Shown here: positions 24,338-38,757 of the stretch, in pieces
How positions within the stretch are numbered: the stretch's first letter is position 1
Layout of the letters: every line of letters begins with the position of its first letter
Assembly (NCBI GenBank): GCA_040954595.2
Contig: CM082587.2
Location: 12,178,153 to 12,242,152 of the forward strand
Origin: Balanoglossus misakiensis
Lineage: Eukaryota; Animalia; Hemichordata
Direction: 5' to 3'
DNA: 64,000 nucleotides
Position numbers and translations under genes: made by a program
Notes under the pieces: generated by a model
What the model was told of the DNA's origin: nothing
The model's database searches: none
What the model saw: the letters and a program-made list of their open reading frames with translations, nothing else

Positions 24338-26979
24338 GACTGCGCAGCTGGAAGTTAAAGTTCAGCATGTTCTGAAGCATGCACGCTGTGTCCAGGGGTT
24401 TCATGTGTGGAACAGCCAGCCTCTCATCACCAACACAATGCGGACTGGGATATTTTGCCAACAATGGAAGTATAGACTGTACGCCTTGTCCTGCCCCGGG
24501 TATAAGTGCCAATATGATGGTATGTCGGAGCCAGAGGTGTGTGAAGATGGATACTACACTAATATAGATGGTGAGTCAGCACTTAAAGTTTGGGCATTAC
24601 TGTGTAATCTTTCACTTAAAGGCACGTAAGCTGTAACTTTTGGGATAATTTTCATAATATTTGTTTAAAACTGCACTACCATTAGTCCATGCAGATGAAG
24701 GCAGTGAACTATACACAAGCATTATAAACCCTAAATATGAGTGCATATGCAAGTTTTAACCAGATAAATAATAAAGCTTTGCCGCAAGCGATTATGGCCG
24801 CCACCCTGGGAAAATGCAAGAAACAATGAAAATGTTGCATTTCCGGTTGTGAAACTTCATAAACAAAACATGATCTCATCCACTTGAGCTCATGGAAGTA
24901 AATGTACACCACTGAGACATCAGATTTCCATTTTTCATTGCAATATTGCACTTTTTTTTAAATTGCAGGAATTTTCGTTTTTTCTTTAATTTTTGGCCAT
25001 TGTGTCATAAATAAGTGTTGAGCTTGATATATTATCATGAAATATCATTTAATAGACATAATTAAAAGCATATATGAGATTATTTAAAACTTTAATTTTT
25101 TTATCCAGTTGCAGCTTACGTGCCTTTAAGGCGGACGATCATCTTATGTGCATGTACGTAATTCTGTGCGTACAAACATTACGTCCAGTCCAAATATTCT
25201 GCCAATTTTACATCCAATGCATTCAAATAGTGGACTGCTTCGCTTTCATCCAGTTTTCATGTGCATCGTATAAGTAGACTTTTGTTTTGTCCCGTCTTTT
25301 CACCAAATTTGCTCTTTTCCAAATCTCCGACACAGACTATGATCGTCACGATCTTGTCTGTTGTTAGAACAGCACACTGCCGTATGGCATTGACTGTACA
25401 CAGTTTCTGTTACCAATATCTCTGGATTGGCATTTTCCTGTCCTCAATCTTTTGCCAGGGATTTTTGTCTCCCCAACCCGCGTGAGAATCCCACGTCTTT
25501 GAAGGTATGACTGTGACTATAAGATTCTATAAATCTCTGTTTATTTTCAGCACAAACATCATGTGCTGATTGCCCAGCTGGTAACCAATGTCCAAATGGT
25601 AACACTGTGATTTTATGCTCGGCTGGTTATTACAGTTCGGCCTTGGACAAAGGATGTCTCGCTGTACCTCTTGCATAACAGGTAAACTTCTACCCACCCA
25701 CCTTTATTTCCAACATCAAACATTAGGTCAGGTAATTTACTAACTGAAAAATAGGATGGGATCATTTTCTATTTCTGTATTTAAAATTTACTGATATAAT
25801 ATATGAATGAAAAAATGACAATTTTTCCAAATTTGAATAGACCTCTATTTATGAAAATAATTAAAATTTGCACCAAATTTTTACAGTGGTATTCAAAGGT
25901 TAACTTGGTGTGTAAATTCTCTGTTTGATTTACAGATCAGCTGGTGCTGAACATTGTACTATTTGTGAGCAAGGGTACGCCTGCATAGATCCCAGTGCAT
26001 CGCAATTCAAGTGTACCAAGGGTTACGTGTCATTGGCTGGTGCAACAAACTGTACCAGATGTACAAATGGTAAGATTGTGGTACTTGTTCAGTTTGCTGT
26101 GTGATGAAACTGAGGGGTATGTGTGTATGCATGTATGTGTTTACAACAGATTTTCAAGTCAGTGCGACTGGGGGTATGTGTGTGTGTGTATGTATGTATG
26201 TGTTTACAACAGATTATCAACTCAGTGCGAGATCTTGCGAGACCCGGTTAGCCATGTGAGATCTCGCAGAGTCTTATGATATTCAGAAAATGGTTGATTA
26301 GAAATGACGTTTAATGTCCTCCAAAGAATTTTCTACATGCCTGTATACTTGTCTCAGAATTATGAAGTGAATCATCTCAAGTAATTTGTTATTTTAAATG
26401 ACACTGTATCACAAATACATCACTAAAAACCTCATTTTCTTTAATCAGATGAAATAAGTGAGGAGCCTGCACGCACATCCTGTCTTCTGTGCCCTGCTGG
26501 ACAATCGTGTTCAGATCCAATGTAAGATCCGCTCGACTGTGGCAATGGTGAATATGCTATGGAAGGCGACGGCACATGCACGCCTTGTCCAGCGGGATCC
26601 AAGTGTCCAACCATGTCACCCGTAGTGGATTGTTCAACAGTTACTGGTAAGTTGGGCTGCAAATCACTCTTGTGACTTCCCTGTGTTATAGCATGGCATA
26701 CACAGAAAATTAAACTGTTATGCTTATTGGAGTTGATATTGTGATGCACTTTGAAAAACACAATGATTCCACTGAAGAGGTATTGTACAGTAAAACCTGT
26801 GATTACGGACATCTCTCTAATAAGGGATCGTTGGACCAAACCATGGTGGTAAAAATCGTTCTTTGAATTTTTTCTGTGATAGGTTCATACTCGCTAGGTT
26901 CGGCCACGTCCTTCTGGTTATGAATGCACAACTACAAGTGTCACACAGTGCGCTACAGGGCAGTAAAGTGCTGAAGGAG
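24338..26979 (+). pseudogene. CPAGxxC repeat gene fragment, copy 2
   Basis: Colinear with 8700-11402, same lesions. Confidence 0.8.
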
Positions 26980-29900
26980 GTAAGTCTTGAAACCCCTTTT
27001 CTTCTTGTCTCGATTTGAACATGGTTCCACAAGTTGTTTACATCACTTGTAGTTTTACATATTTTTTGAGTTCAACAGCTAGCTATACATGGTGTCCTGA
27101 GAAGTCAACCAGTATGAGAAGTCGGTCTCGGCCAGTACGAGAAGTCGGCCTGTGGGAGAGAACCCTGGTACTTTGTGTTATATATAACTGTTTCACTACG
27201 AAATGTTTCCTTGATGTACAGGAGCTGAGATATTTGTACAAATAGCCGATGAATTTTAAAACTGTCTGTTCACTTTTCATGTACGTCACCGGGGTACGTC
27301 AACATCAGTCACCTGCACTTCTTGAGCTGCGCCAGTAGTCTGTTCCTTGTCACGTTTGTTTGTTTGTTTGTTTGGTGTTGTCTCAGAAAGTATGAATATA
27401 CACATACATCTTCTATGTATTTTAGTAGGCTTTGAAACAACTCCCTTTAATCAGAAATGTCACAGGAATTTGGCGAACAACCTAAGCTCCTTACGCGGAT
27501 ACGGGGCTGGGGAACTGGTACGGATGCCAGACGCCATTATTTGAAATGACGCCATTGTGTTGTCAAGAATTTGGGAAATCCGTCCAAATGAAAATATTTA
27601 GTGCAATTATATTTTATTAAGTGTTGTTATAAGTAATCTAGGTCATTACTGCACTATTCGGGTACAAGTTCAACAACTGGCCGACTTCTCATACTGGCCG
27701 ACTTCTCATGCGCGCGAACTGGCCGACTTCTAATCTGGCCGACTTCTCATGTATTCCTATACATTATTGAAAATTGGGCAAACTGGTGTTTTCAGACAAC
27801 TTATGAAGTCCTTGTCTCAATGGAGGTACCTGCCAACAACAGGTAAATTCTTGTACTGCCACAATTTGCATGTGCACAGAGTGTTACTAGGGAACCAGTT
27901 GTGAGACAAGTAAGTTTGAATCTGTAGCAGTTAATAATGATAATTATCATTTTTTTATTATGATTTAAACTTCACTGATGTTGTACAAACACAAAAATAG
28001 AAAGGAATAGCAGCTTAGCTCTATTCCGTTTCGAAAGTTTTTGTTCTTTTAAACTACCTGTGCATTTTTTTTATTTATTCTGATTATGCTAATATGCTAA
28101 TTTGTCGGTTTGTCACATCACAATTTTTGTAGGAAACTCACCCCTGATGATCATGGAAAATTTGACCCTTTTCCTTGCAGGACTCAACCAGTGTCAACCA
28201 AATCCGTGCCAGAATGGTGGCTTCTGTCAACCGGCTCGAAATTCCTGCTTTGATCTCACCTGCATATGTACTGGTTGCTACAAAGGTGATAGGTGTGAGA
28301 TATGTAAGTATACAGCGCAGTCTCATTCAAATACTGCATGTTTCCTGAGCATAGGTGTAGCCATCACCACAGCAGAGCTTGGAGAGTTCTTGACATCGAA
28401 TGTAAGATTACACTCTTTCCAATCAAAATCACTTTCGTGGCGCATAATGTCTTGATTGTCTTGGTTCAAGAAACATTATGCGCGACTGGCCAATTTTACT
28501 GCCTTTTGTCAACACACATCCACTATGGAAATTCTTACTCCAGGCCAGATAGTGTAAATTTACATATGAGTCTACAGGTGTGCTTGAAGTCAAGTCAAGC
28601 ATTTGCAAGGAACCCTCCTCCAGTACACAGGTCTTTGATTTCATGAAGGGAAGCCCTTGCCTCACAGTCACTGCCACGTGATCTATGGAGGTGTGAACAA
28701 CTTGATACCAGCCTAATATAAGTTGTAGGCACAATCACTCCACACACCCTTGCCATAATTCTGCAAGGTTTTTGCCATATCTGTACTGTAGAATGAGTAG
28801 CAAGGAATAAAATGGCGTCCTTTCTTAATTTCCAGTGCAAAACCCCTGTGATCCCAACCCATGTATGAATGGTGGATTTTGCCAGCAAACATCGTGCAAT
28901 TTCTATTCATGCCAGTGTGTGAACTCTTACACAGGTGACATCTGTCAAACCATAGACCCTAGAGAAAGAAGGGCGAGCAACTGCGGCAAAGATCAAAGGG
29001 TTTGGGGATTATCTGTATGATGATGTTTTTTTTGTATATAATTAACACCCAGGACAGTCGGACAATGACTTCCTTACTTCGGCACGTGTCGACCCCACCA
29101 GTGATGCGAAAACTTGCCACCAAACTGGCACTACTGCATTTCAGCAGCCACTGCGTTTTTTTCTAAAATTCTAAAAGTATTACGATGTCTGTGCTAATTA
29201 TTATGGTTTGGTGTTCGTCTGTCGGTTGAATGGTCATTTCTAGTGCCACAAGCTTCATTTAAAAATTGTAAACAAATCATCCATGTTTTTTGCATGTCCG
29301 ACTGGGCACTCATATTTCTTAGTAACGCTGACACTTTTCGTAATAATTTTATGTTTGCGTGAAGCATTGAAATAAAAATTGTGGTTTAGGGGCATTTTAT
29401 TTCGCAGTGCGTGAACAATAAAACAGATTTCACGAAAACAATTTGTAAACAAACTGGGTGGATTATCATGTGTGCGCTATGGCCGCCAGGCAACCCTCGG
29501 TACGGTTAGCTCACAGCCTTGTGAAATACCCGGACTGTTAGACAAAAGATGCTTGTTTGGGACGCTGTCAGACTCAGATTCAAATTCCTGTTTAACTTGT
29601 CCAGATGTGTTCCATAAATAATCGCTGCGTTCAACCACGTTGCAGTTTTCTCGTCTTCTGCGAGATGTTCTGAGGTGTTGTGATAACTTCACACAAAACA
29701 CGAGACTTTGCGTTAGTTTATACACAGTTAATTTGCAAATTGGATTATTGGGATTTATCTGGAAATAATGTATGCAAAAGAACATCATTTCAAGAAAAAA
29801 CTGGAGTTGCGCGTCCTTCTTTCTCTAGGGTCCATGGTCAAACAAGTGAGTATATACTTTCAAGACACCCTGCAAACAAACAAGCCATCTTCATTCCGTA

Positions 29901-30286
29901 GATCTTTTAAGCTTATTTATACATTGTAAATTTTGATGTGAAACTTTATTGGTCTTGTTGCAAAACTTCTGAAGAAATGAGGATATTGTTTTGAAGGGTA
30001 TTTTATCAGTAGGTACAAATACCATGGCCCTCCATGCAAATACCCACATGGTAAATTAAAACTGTTACAGATGTATTTGATTTCCACATATTGATTACAT
30101 GTGGGATAATATTGGGTGCTGGCAGTTTCAGTAAATGAACTGCTCTTAAAAGTTGGGCGTCAGGGCACCCTTGATTTTGCCTGTTCCAAGCTAGAATAGT
30201 CTGTCCATATGAATATTTGTTCAGCAAGTTACAAGCAATCTTTTAAGTTTGGAATGAAAAAATAGTGAAATGACTTGTGATGTTAA

Positions 30287-30892
30287 AGGGGAAATCCGTC
30301 GTAGCTGATTTCTACATAATTTGGTAGCTTTGATGTCACTCTTTCAGAAAAAAACATATTCGCCATGTATAGGTCGCGCGATTTTTTACAAAATCTAGGG
30401 AAAGTTGGCAGAATTTCCAATATGGCGTTTACTGTAATTTGAATCATGGGAAAAAAAGCGCCAGGACCAACTTCCGCCCACCTTAGTGTGGGTGATACCA
30501 TTTTCCGATTGGTGTCACTGCGTCAGAAGCTAAGCGTATTTGCATATTTTCCATGGGTTATAGCTCATGAAAACTGTCAATAGATGACAAATTTTCGACT
30601 TTGCTGATGATTGTTTATCAACTGATGCAAAGAACAAACAATAGCTATGAAAATACGCCTAGTCCGCCCAGTGACACCTATCGGAGAATGGTATCACCCA
30701 CACCATGGTGGGCGGAAGTTGGTCCTGGCGCTTTTTTTCCCATGATTCAAATTACAGTAAACGCCATATTGGAACTTTCCCTAGATTTTGTAAAAAATCG
30801 CGCGACCTATACATGGCGAATATGTTTTTTTCTGAAAGAGTGACATCAAAGCTACCAAATTATGTAGAAATCAGCTACGACGGATTTCCCCT
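30287..30892. mobile_element. Young foldback MITE with TTAA TSD (Kolobok-like), copy 2 only
   Basis: ttaa|AGGGGAAATCCGTCGTAGC...GCTACGACGGATTTCCCCT|ttaa; ~230 bp near-perfect TIRs; the empty site has a single ttaa in copies 1 (14708-14711) and 3. Confidence 0.93.
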
Positions 30893-33253
30893 TTAATATG
30901 CAATTGTTGGTTGATTTACATGCAACCCCCAGGACTCGATCAATGTTCTCCCAATCCGTGCATGAACAACGGTATCTGTGAGCCAATCAGTGGATCGTGC
31001 AGTGCGTTTACCTGTCGCTGTCAAGGCTGTATCATTGGAATCACCTGTGACCAAGGTAAATTTATCAGACGAGGAACTGTTTTTCCCCCCTCATACCGGT
31101 ATATTTGTCATAGCTGGCAGCTATGAAATTACCTGTATATTTAGGATGTGACAAACCAAATAGGCACTTTCAGGAATTGAGTCTTTTTTGCAATTACTAA
31201 GTCCTAAACTCCCAAAAGTATAATAAGTAATTCTTATTGTTCAGTTATACATTAAGGAGGCTTAGTTATAGGAGAACCCGATAGAACCACAGCTGTAGGA
31301 ATTAAGGAAATGGTCATACCCTAAAAACTTATGTCACTACTATTTATTTATTTTCATTCCATTGAAACAGAACAAACTCCATGTAGGCCAAGTCCATGCC
31401 TGAACAATGGGCAGTGTACTCGGCTGTCGTGTACAACTTATGAGTGTACTTGTCCAGGATGTTTCACCGGCACACACTGCAGCCAGTGTAAAACTCATTA
31501 AAACAAACATTTTGTCATGCAGGAACTAACATTTACAATCATGTCTCAATACATTGTCTGTTGGTCATACTTTATATTTTCATCTTCAGCATCACACCTT
31601 GGGCCTTGGGAATCGTTCACCTCAAAAATGATGTACAACTGAAAGAAAACATGTTTATTTGAAGAAAAAAATGTTGATCGTTCATGAAAATTTTCCCTAC
31701 ACAAGATACATATACAGAGATTTTCATAGCCCCACAAGTGCGTCCCAGAATGAGCAAGTTGTTTTTGGAAGTGAAGTTCCGTTCAGTATTTACAGTAATG
31801 GTAATGATGATGTTTTTATCAAACAGATTTTGAAAGTAAATATTGCTGAGATAACATTAGGTTGCACTTTTTATTGCAGTCCAAGATCCATGCCAATGAA
31901 ACAGCTGTCTCAACGGGGCTGTATGTAATGCAGTGGCCAACTCCTGCACGGCATATACCTGTGCCTGTACTGGTTGCTATGAGGGTAACCGTTGTGAAAT
32001 ATGTAAGTTTCTGACGTACCGTAAATGACAATCTTTTGGGCACTTTCTCTTCATGGCAATTGAATTGTGTGGTAACTTCTCATTTCTAAAATTTCCACAA
32101 GAGAAAAGAAAACAGAAATTTCATTTGTATGTCCGTGCAATTTAGGATAGGCACGAACTTGTGAGGAAGTGTACGAAGCTGGATGTTTTCATCACTCAAA
32201 TATACAAGAGTTGCCTCTTGAAGACTAGTGTCTGTAGAGATAATTGTGCATATGAGGTAATCTCTCCTAAGGTGGTGCACACATCTGAGTATTAAGTAAA
32301 AGAGACATCCTTAATTATCCTTACTATTTGGCTTGAAAAATCAATCTTACTAGGTGTTCTGATTAGAGAGGTGTCCATAAAGACAGGTTTTACTGTATTA
32401 CCCAAAATAGAGACATTGTCCCTTCATCATATACTTAATGCGTGTTCTGGGTATGGTTCCAGTATAATGCTTGTGTCAAAGGATTTTGTTGTGGTGCAGG
32501 AATCATCTTTGGTTGAGGTGTAGCCATCTGCATTTCATGTTTTTTAAACTATTTTTTTTCTGATAGTCATTAACCCATGTGATCAGAATCCGTGTCAAAA
32601 TGGAGGCTATTGTTCCCAAACACCAAATTCTTATACTGACTACACCTGTTACTGCCAGTAGTGTTGGACTGGGGCCACCTGTGCCGTAGGTGTGTCGAAT
32701 TACTGTTTTATGACACAGCGTGGTATATAAACCCTCATTTTTGGTATTCTCAATGTGATAGATGGACCCATACACCAATAAATGGGGTGGAAGCATTACT
32801 AAGTTTCATCCTTTCAAAATTTGCTGATGTAGGGTCAAAATTGAGTGTGAGGTGCACGTTAAAAAGGAAAGCCTTCTGTATCATGTTGACGGTACATTTT
32901 TTAATTTTTCAAGATTCTTACAGAAAAATCCTAGCAATAGCATCATTATGTTATTTTAAATGTACAGGTTTGAAACAAGGAATGAAGACATTGCTCACAT
33001 ATTTAAACGAAATGAACATCACAAGTACATGTACAAGTTTTTGACAAGCAGGTAATTGATACTTTCATTTTTGTTTTGGCAGCCAATGATCAGTTATACT
33101 CTATGCCTTGTCAAAATGGTGGCACATGCGTTGCGCGAGACGGCTGTTTCCTGTTTGACTGTATGTGTACCGAATGCTTCACTGGTGCCACATGTACAAT
33201 GCGTAAGTACAAACCAATATTATTTTATTCAATGCAAAACACTTGTTATGTAT

Positions 33254-33578
33254 TTAAGCAATAAAGCACCCCCAGCCATGGTATACCACGAGATTTTGAC
33301 CAGTTCACGACATATACGCACGAGCGATAGCGAGTGCGTATATGGAGTTGAACTGGTCAAAATCGAGTGGTATACCATGGCTGGGGGTGTTTTATTGCTA
33401 TTATATTATGCCAGTATATTGAAACTTTGCATAAAACATTTTAAAAAGGCATTTTCTTTGACTACGAGTTTTGCGTGCATTATGACTGTGGTATATGGCT
33501 AATATATCACGGTCACGTGTCGTGTCTCGACCAATCAAATAGCGTGATTTACACCATCAATATACTGGTATAATATAA
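33254..33578. mobile_element. 325 bp hairpin-bearing insertion, probably a non-autonomous Crypton-like element, copy 3 only
   Basis: Absent at the equivalent site of copies 1, 2 and 4 (gttatgtat|tatataatataag); ~143 bp palindrome at 33257-33399, a second inverted pair ttatattatgccagtatattga / tcaatatactggtataatataa, and no TSD. The insertion is certain; the class is inferred. Confidence 0.75.
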
Positions 33579-36500
33579 TATATAATATAAGTACGGTACA
33601 CATATTAAAGCCCTGGTAACTCAAACTTTGGGCTAGCTTAATGTTATCACTATTTTTGTTTTCGGTTGCAACTGTGGTTTCTTGTCACACTCTAAAGGAT
33701 TTCACAGCATTTGGTTTTTCAAAACAGCCCTTTGGTTGTTGTCATGTATACATGTACATGACTGTGGAGTGTAGTTTGTAGATTCTGTAATTTTGACAAT
33801 ATCTTGACTGCACATCCCACAGCTGTCAACCAGTGTCAACCCATCCAGTGTCAGAATGGTGGAAACTGTGTGCTGACGCCCAATTGGTGTACTGAATTCA
33901 CATGCTCCTGTACAAGCTGTTACTCCGGCGATTTATGTCAGACATGTGAGTGATTTTAAATTTCAGATGAAGAGGAACATAATAACATAACACATAATCG
34001 GCTTGCAGTTGGTTTCTTCCAACCTGTATCAAACAGTGAATAACGACACAATTTTGGGGAAATTTATTAAGAATGTGTGTGCCATAAAAGGGGATTGTGT
34101 ATTTGACCAAACAACAACCTGCACCGTATGGTACACTAAGACACTATTACACCTGTGTCAAAATTTCATTACGTTTCTTTTGTTGAACATGGAAGAAATT
34201 TGTCACAGTGATGTTCTGTTGACCAACTGAGATTTTTACCACTCAACCCTGACTGCACAAATCTGTTTAAAGTATATGTAGTAAATATTAACTGTACACA
34301 ATTTATATCACTTTCTCTTCTGTGCACAGATTTGAATCCGTGTCAGCCCAACCCTTGTCTAAACAGTGGATTCTGCCAGCAAGTGTCCTGCACCGAGTTC
34401 AGATGCCAGAGTTCGCGCTGTTTCATCGGAACCACGTGCGCTGAACGTAAGCAAACCAGTGTCAGATTTGCCGCACAAAGTAGAAATCGCTGGGCTTTGT
34501 CATTGATATTGTCTCAATAAAGTTGCCTGTGATTGTGCAGCTAACCAAGAGACTTATATGCACTACCGTAGCCATGATGTATACTTTCATTGACTCAAAT
34601 GCTCATCAGAGTAGATGTTGCTATTTTTCCAACCGTAAATTGAAACATCAGAAAGTTATGACATCAACTACCCCCACCCCCACCCCACCCCACCCCCAAC
34701 TAGTAAATATTATAAGATGCTGTAATTATGATAAAGATGGTAGCACCAAGCTTGGATCAAGTGGTCTTCATTATCCTTCACACATGAACATGATCACACG
34801 AATGTGCAATCTTCTGACAGTCTGCTACAGATTTCACTTCCCACTCAAGTGTGTAAGACCCTAATGTGATACTTTTCATTTCTCTCACCCTTAGCGATCA
34901 ACCAGTGTCTTCTAAACCCATGTCTGAATAACGGAGTGTATCAGCCACTTCAAGGCTCCTGCTCAATCTACACCTGCAACTGTCCAACCTGCTACACTGG
35001 GCAAACATGTGTTACATGTAAGTCACAAGTTTTTAGGTCCCATTGGTATGTACCATGGGACCTTATGGGATTGGTTACGTCTGTATGTATGGATGGATGG
35101 ATGGATGGATGTATGTCTGTATGTCCGTCCACATCGAAAACTTGAAAACCGCAGCGCGTATGACCTCGATATTTGGCGTGTAGATGCAGGCAGGGCTGTA
35201 GATGGGAGTTTGTTCAAATGAAGATGTCATTGCCAAAAATATGCAAATTAGCTGGGAAAATGTGAAATTGGTCAAAACTCAAAAACTGGACAACCACTGG
35301 TCATATTGATTTGAAAATTGGTATGCATGTACCTTATATCAACCTCATACAATCCTGTATGTTTTGAGCTAATATTATCGATTTCCTATTTTTTTGCATT
35401 TTTTTGTATTTTTCCATGTTATTGGTAAAAAGTCTTTGAAATTTAGTATGAAGCCTCCTAATGTTGTCTAAGTAACCATAGTTTTGTTCAAATTGTTGCA
35501 AAATTTGCATATCTATAATTTTGAGCAATATTTGCCATTTTTGGTCAAAAAATGTTTTTCTTTAAAACCTCATGCCAGATTGCTTTCCAATTTGGTAGGC
35601 ATGTTCGTAGGGGTAACCTAAATAATATGTTGTAAAAAAAAAAGATATTTGCATAAATGTGTTATCGGGGAAACTTTTGCAATTTTTGTCAAAAATTGTT
35701 TTCTCTGAAACCGCTTGTCCTATTGCATTGAACTTAGGCAGCATGTTCCTTGTAGTGATTGAAGTAAGATATTGTACAATTTTGGTGATATTTGCATATT
35801 TGTGTTTTTGCCACTTTTGAACAAATATTTTCTGTGAAACTGCTTGTTGGATTGCTTTGAAATTAGTTTTTTCTCTGATTGCTTTGAAATTTAGGATATA
35901 ATTTCATAACACATACCTGTATATGTGCAACTTTTATTCAGTTCTGAGATCAGAAAGATTAAATATTTAGCGAGTTTTTTTGGTAAGTTTCTTAGTTTTT
36001 GGTTAGCAAATCTTCTTCTAAACAAATTGTCCAGTTGTTTTTAAAGTTACTATTTACAAGGAGTTGTTACCTCGAACAAAGACATGTTTACATAACTTAA
36101 ATAGGCCAGCTGTTACAGAGACCACCAGCTATCAAATTTTAATTACCAGTGGCAGGTCAGTGTGTGTCTGTTCCAGGGCTGACTGAAAGAAGTTGCTTCG
36201 CATATGTGTTTGTACAGACAATTTTTGGTCATTTTTTTTTCTAGCACCACTTGTAAGACTGCCATGACACATGACAGTTTATTGGGCATGTTCCTTGTTA
36301 ATGTTTTTACATTCCATATTTCTATATGGTCAGATCATATCTGCTTGCAAATGTCACCTGTAATTTTTATTCTGGTGTGTCACTGTTTCCGCATAATCCT
36401 CAAATGTCATCAGATCTCCAAATGTGATGAAAACAGTGTGTTTTGAGTGTTTTTTAAATGACCTTTTGGGTTAAAAGTGGCAAAAATGGCAATTTTGTCT

Positions 36501-37573
36501 TGAAAGGGGTCAATAAGACTGACTTTTTTGGAATCAGCCCCATTTTTTACATTGAATGGACTAGTCTGCTCAAACTTTCCTTACCAACAATTCTGTTTAA
36601 TCTTCTGTAACATGTATACTAGTATACATGTAGCTGCCTGATAGTTTGCCCTGCGTGTGTAATTGCTGAGTGACATAACGCATTCTGTGATTGGTGCAGT
36701 CACGTAACCACCAATAAGATCGCTTGTTATAAGGAGAACTGCACGACCTTTAACCGCATTAGCATACCTGATTTTTAGGGCTCGATATTACCTCTGAGGA
36801 CGCAATATTTAAGTTGAAGTTTTTTTCTTTTATCATATTAGAGCAAGAAGACTTGTTTTTATGTAAAAGAAATAGACCCTAATATACAGAGTGCGTTTTG
36901 AAACGATAGGCAGGTCCGGCCCATAGCCTAATTCTTCATTTTTCTGTCATGCATAGGAATTGATCAGTGCTAACAACCCATGTCAAAATGGCAGCACTTG
37001 CCAACCCTAACCTCGTGTGGGGCATTGACGTGCACCTGCCAAGGATGCTATACTGGGAGCGCTGTGAAAATTGTCAGTCAGTTTCTTTTGTCAAATTAAT
37101 CAATATGTGTGGGACTGCTATACATGTATATAAAACAGAATACTGCGATGGAAAATTCTATAACTTAATGTTTCACTGGATATATGACTTAAAGTTAGCA
37201 GGAAGCAGTGAATTCAACAGAAAGTGTAATTTCCTCTTGTGTGAGCTCTGTGCGACTGTGCCAATGAAAATCTCACCACAAACAAAAATGACAGGTATAC
37301 ACTGTATATTAGCAGCTTTGTCTCTGTAATAGCCATAGTGTTTTGAAGTTGAAAACTTGCAAAGTGTGCAGTTTTATTCACACTACAAAGGAAACATTGT
37401 TGAAACGGATTATCTGTGTACATTGTCAAACTGTACACTTGTCGCGAGATTTATTCTCAATTATATTATATCATGCTACCGTCCGCAATTCTGATTGGAC
37501 GAGAGCTAAATCCAGCGATGCTAAAATACTCAATAATGCACTGCTGACAGTGGTAAAACGGGCTTTCTGTTTG

Positions 37574-38757
37574 CCACATGGGTTTGTTCTTTAGGTTGTT
37601 GTATGTGTTTACACTCATCATGTTTATTGTAGAACCAGGGTCGATCAGTGAGGCAACTGCTGTTTGTTCTATCTGCACTGTTACTTGAGGCCTCCTGCCA
37701 TTTGATTGTTGTACAGTGAAGCAGTATTCATCTCCCGAGCTGTCTTCCACTTTATGCACAGCTTTGACAGTTTCATCCTTGTCTACCCTATTTGCCTTGC
37801 CTTTTGATCGGTAGCATTTGGCAAAATAGTTAGGTTTGCCACACTTCCTGCATGACTTGCCTTTAGCTGGACATACTGAGTCATGTGGATAGGTGCCACC
37901 ACAATAATAACAAGTGGACGGTCCTTTCGCTGGCTGCTGATGAGCTCTCTTTTGTTTATTTGGTTTCGGGCGTTGGTGGCGCTGTTTTCTGACCGCATTC
38001 ACAGATGCCGTGTCTGCACCATTATTATGGGGTTTCTCCTCAATCCCACTAGCCTGAACCTCTGATACCTCAAATGAACGGGCTGTACTCAGTAGATTCT
38101 CTAGTGTCGTCTCCTCCCAAAGAGCACGACGTCTGAGACGGTCTGATGTGAATCCTCGTATGATTTGTGATTTGACCTCTTGATCCTTATTGGTGAAGTC
38201 ACATATGTTTCTGCTAGGCGTTGCAAACAAGTGTGATAGGCATCAATCGATTCGCCGTTGTTTTGTATGGTGTCTGAAGATGAATCGTTCGTATTCAATG
38301 TTCCGTTTGGGTGAGAAGTACGACGTAAGCTTTAATATGGCTGTTTCACAGCTCGTTCCTGTATCTGGTAGAGTATCAAAGAAGTCGGAAACTTCCTCAC
38401 CTGCCCAGTGCAATAGCAGTGCACGTTGTCGGTTGTCATCTGTAATGTTGAATGCGACAAATGCGTTTTCTACTCTAACCATGTACTTTTTCCATCTCGT
38501 ACTGGTGGTTGTCGAGACTGAATGAACAGGAAAACTCGGCATTGACGGCTAGCTGATTCTCCATGTTCTCCGTCCTCGTCGCCAAATATAGAATCGTGGG
38601 TGGGCAATAATGACAACATGAGACACCAAGTCCGGCATGTAAGAGTGAGAGTGCCTAGCCTCATTCACGCACTTTATTCATAATGACCCGAATGTTGCAT
38701 TACGTCATTTTACAGAATGTATAAAGTATAGATGCTCACTAGTGTTTGGACACTACA
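37574..38757 (-). mobile_element. Ty3/Gypsy 5' fragment, copy 3 (additional 2 bp frameshift in gag)
   Basis: ORFs 38243-38542 and 37466-38230; PBS and LTR as in copy 2. Confidence 0.88.

Larger units (their letters stand above)
16095..32279 (+). repeat. Macrosatellite unit copy 2. ~1.4 kb LINE deletion and a private 606 bp MITE
   Basis: Near-identical to copy 1 apart from scattered SNPs and the listed indels. Confidence 0.98.
27796..37072 (+). pseudogene. 12-exon EGF run spanning copies 2 and 3
   Basis: Same exons by colinearity; extra private stop (tgc caa tga) near 31896. Confidence 0.88.

Noticed and set aside
30283-30896. Mirror-image ORFs 30283-30501(-) and 30705-30896(+) as a gene pair
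   Set aside because: A by-product of the long terminal inverted repeats.
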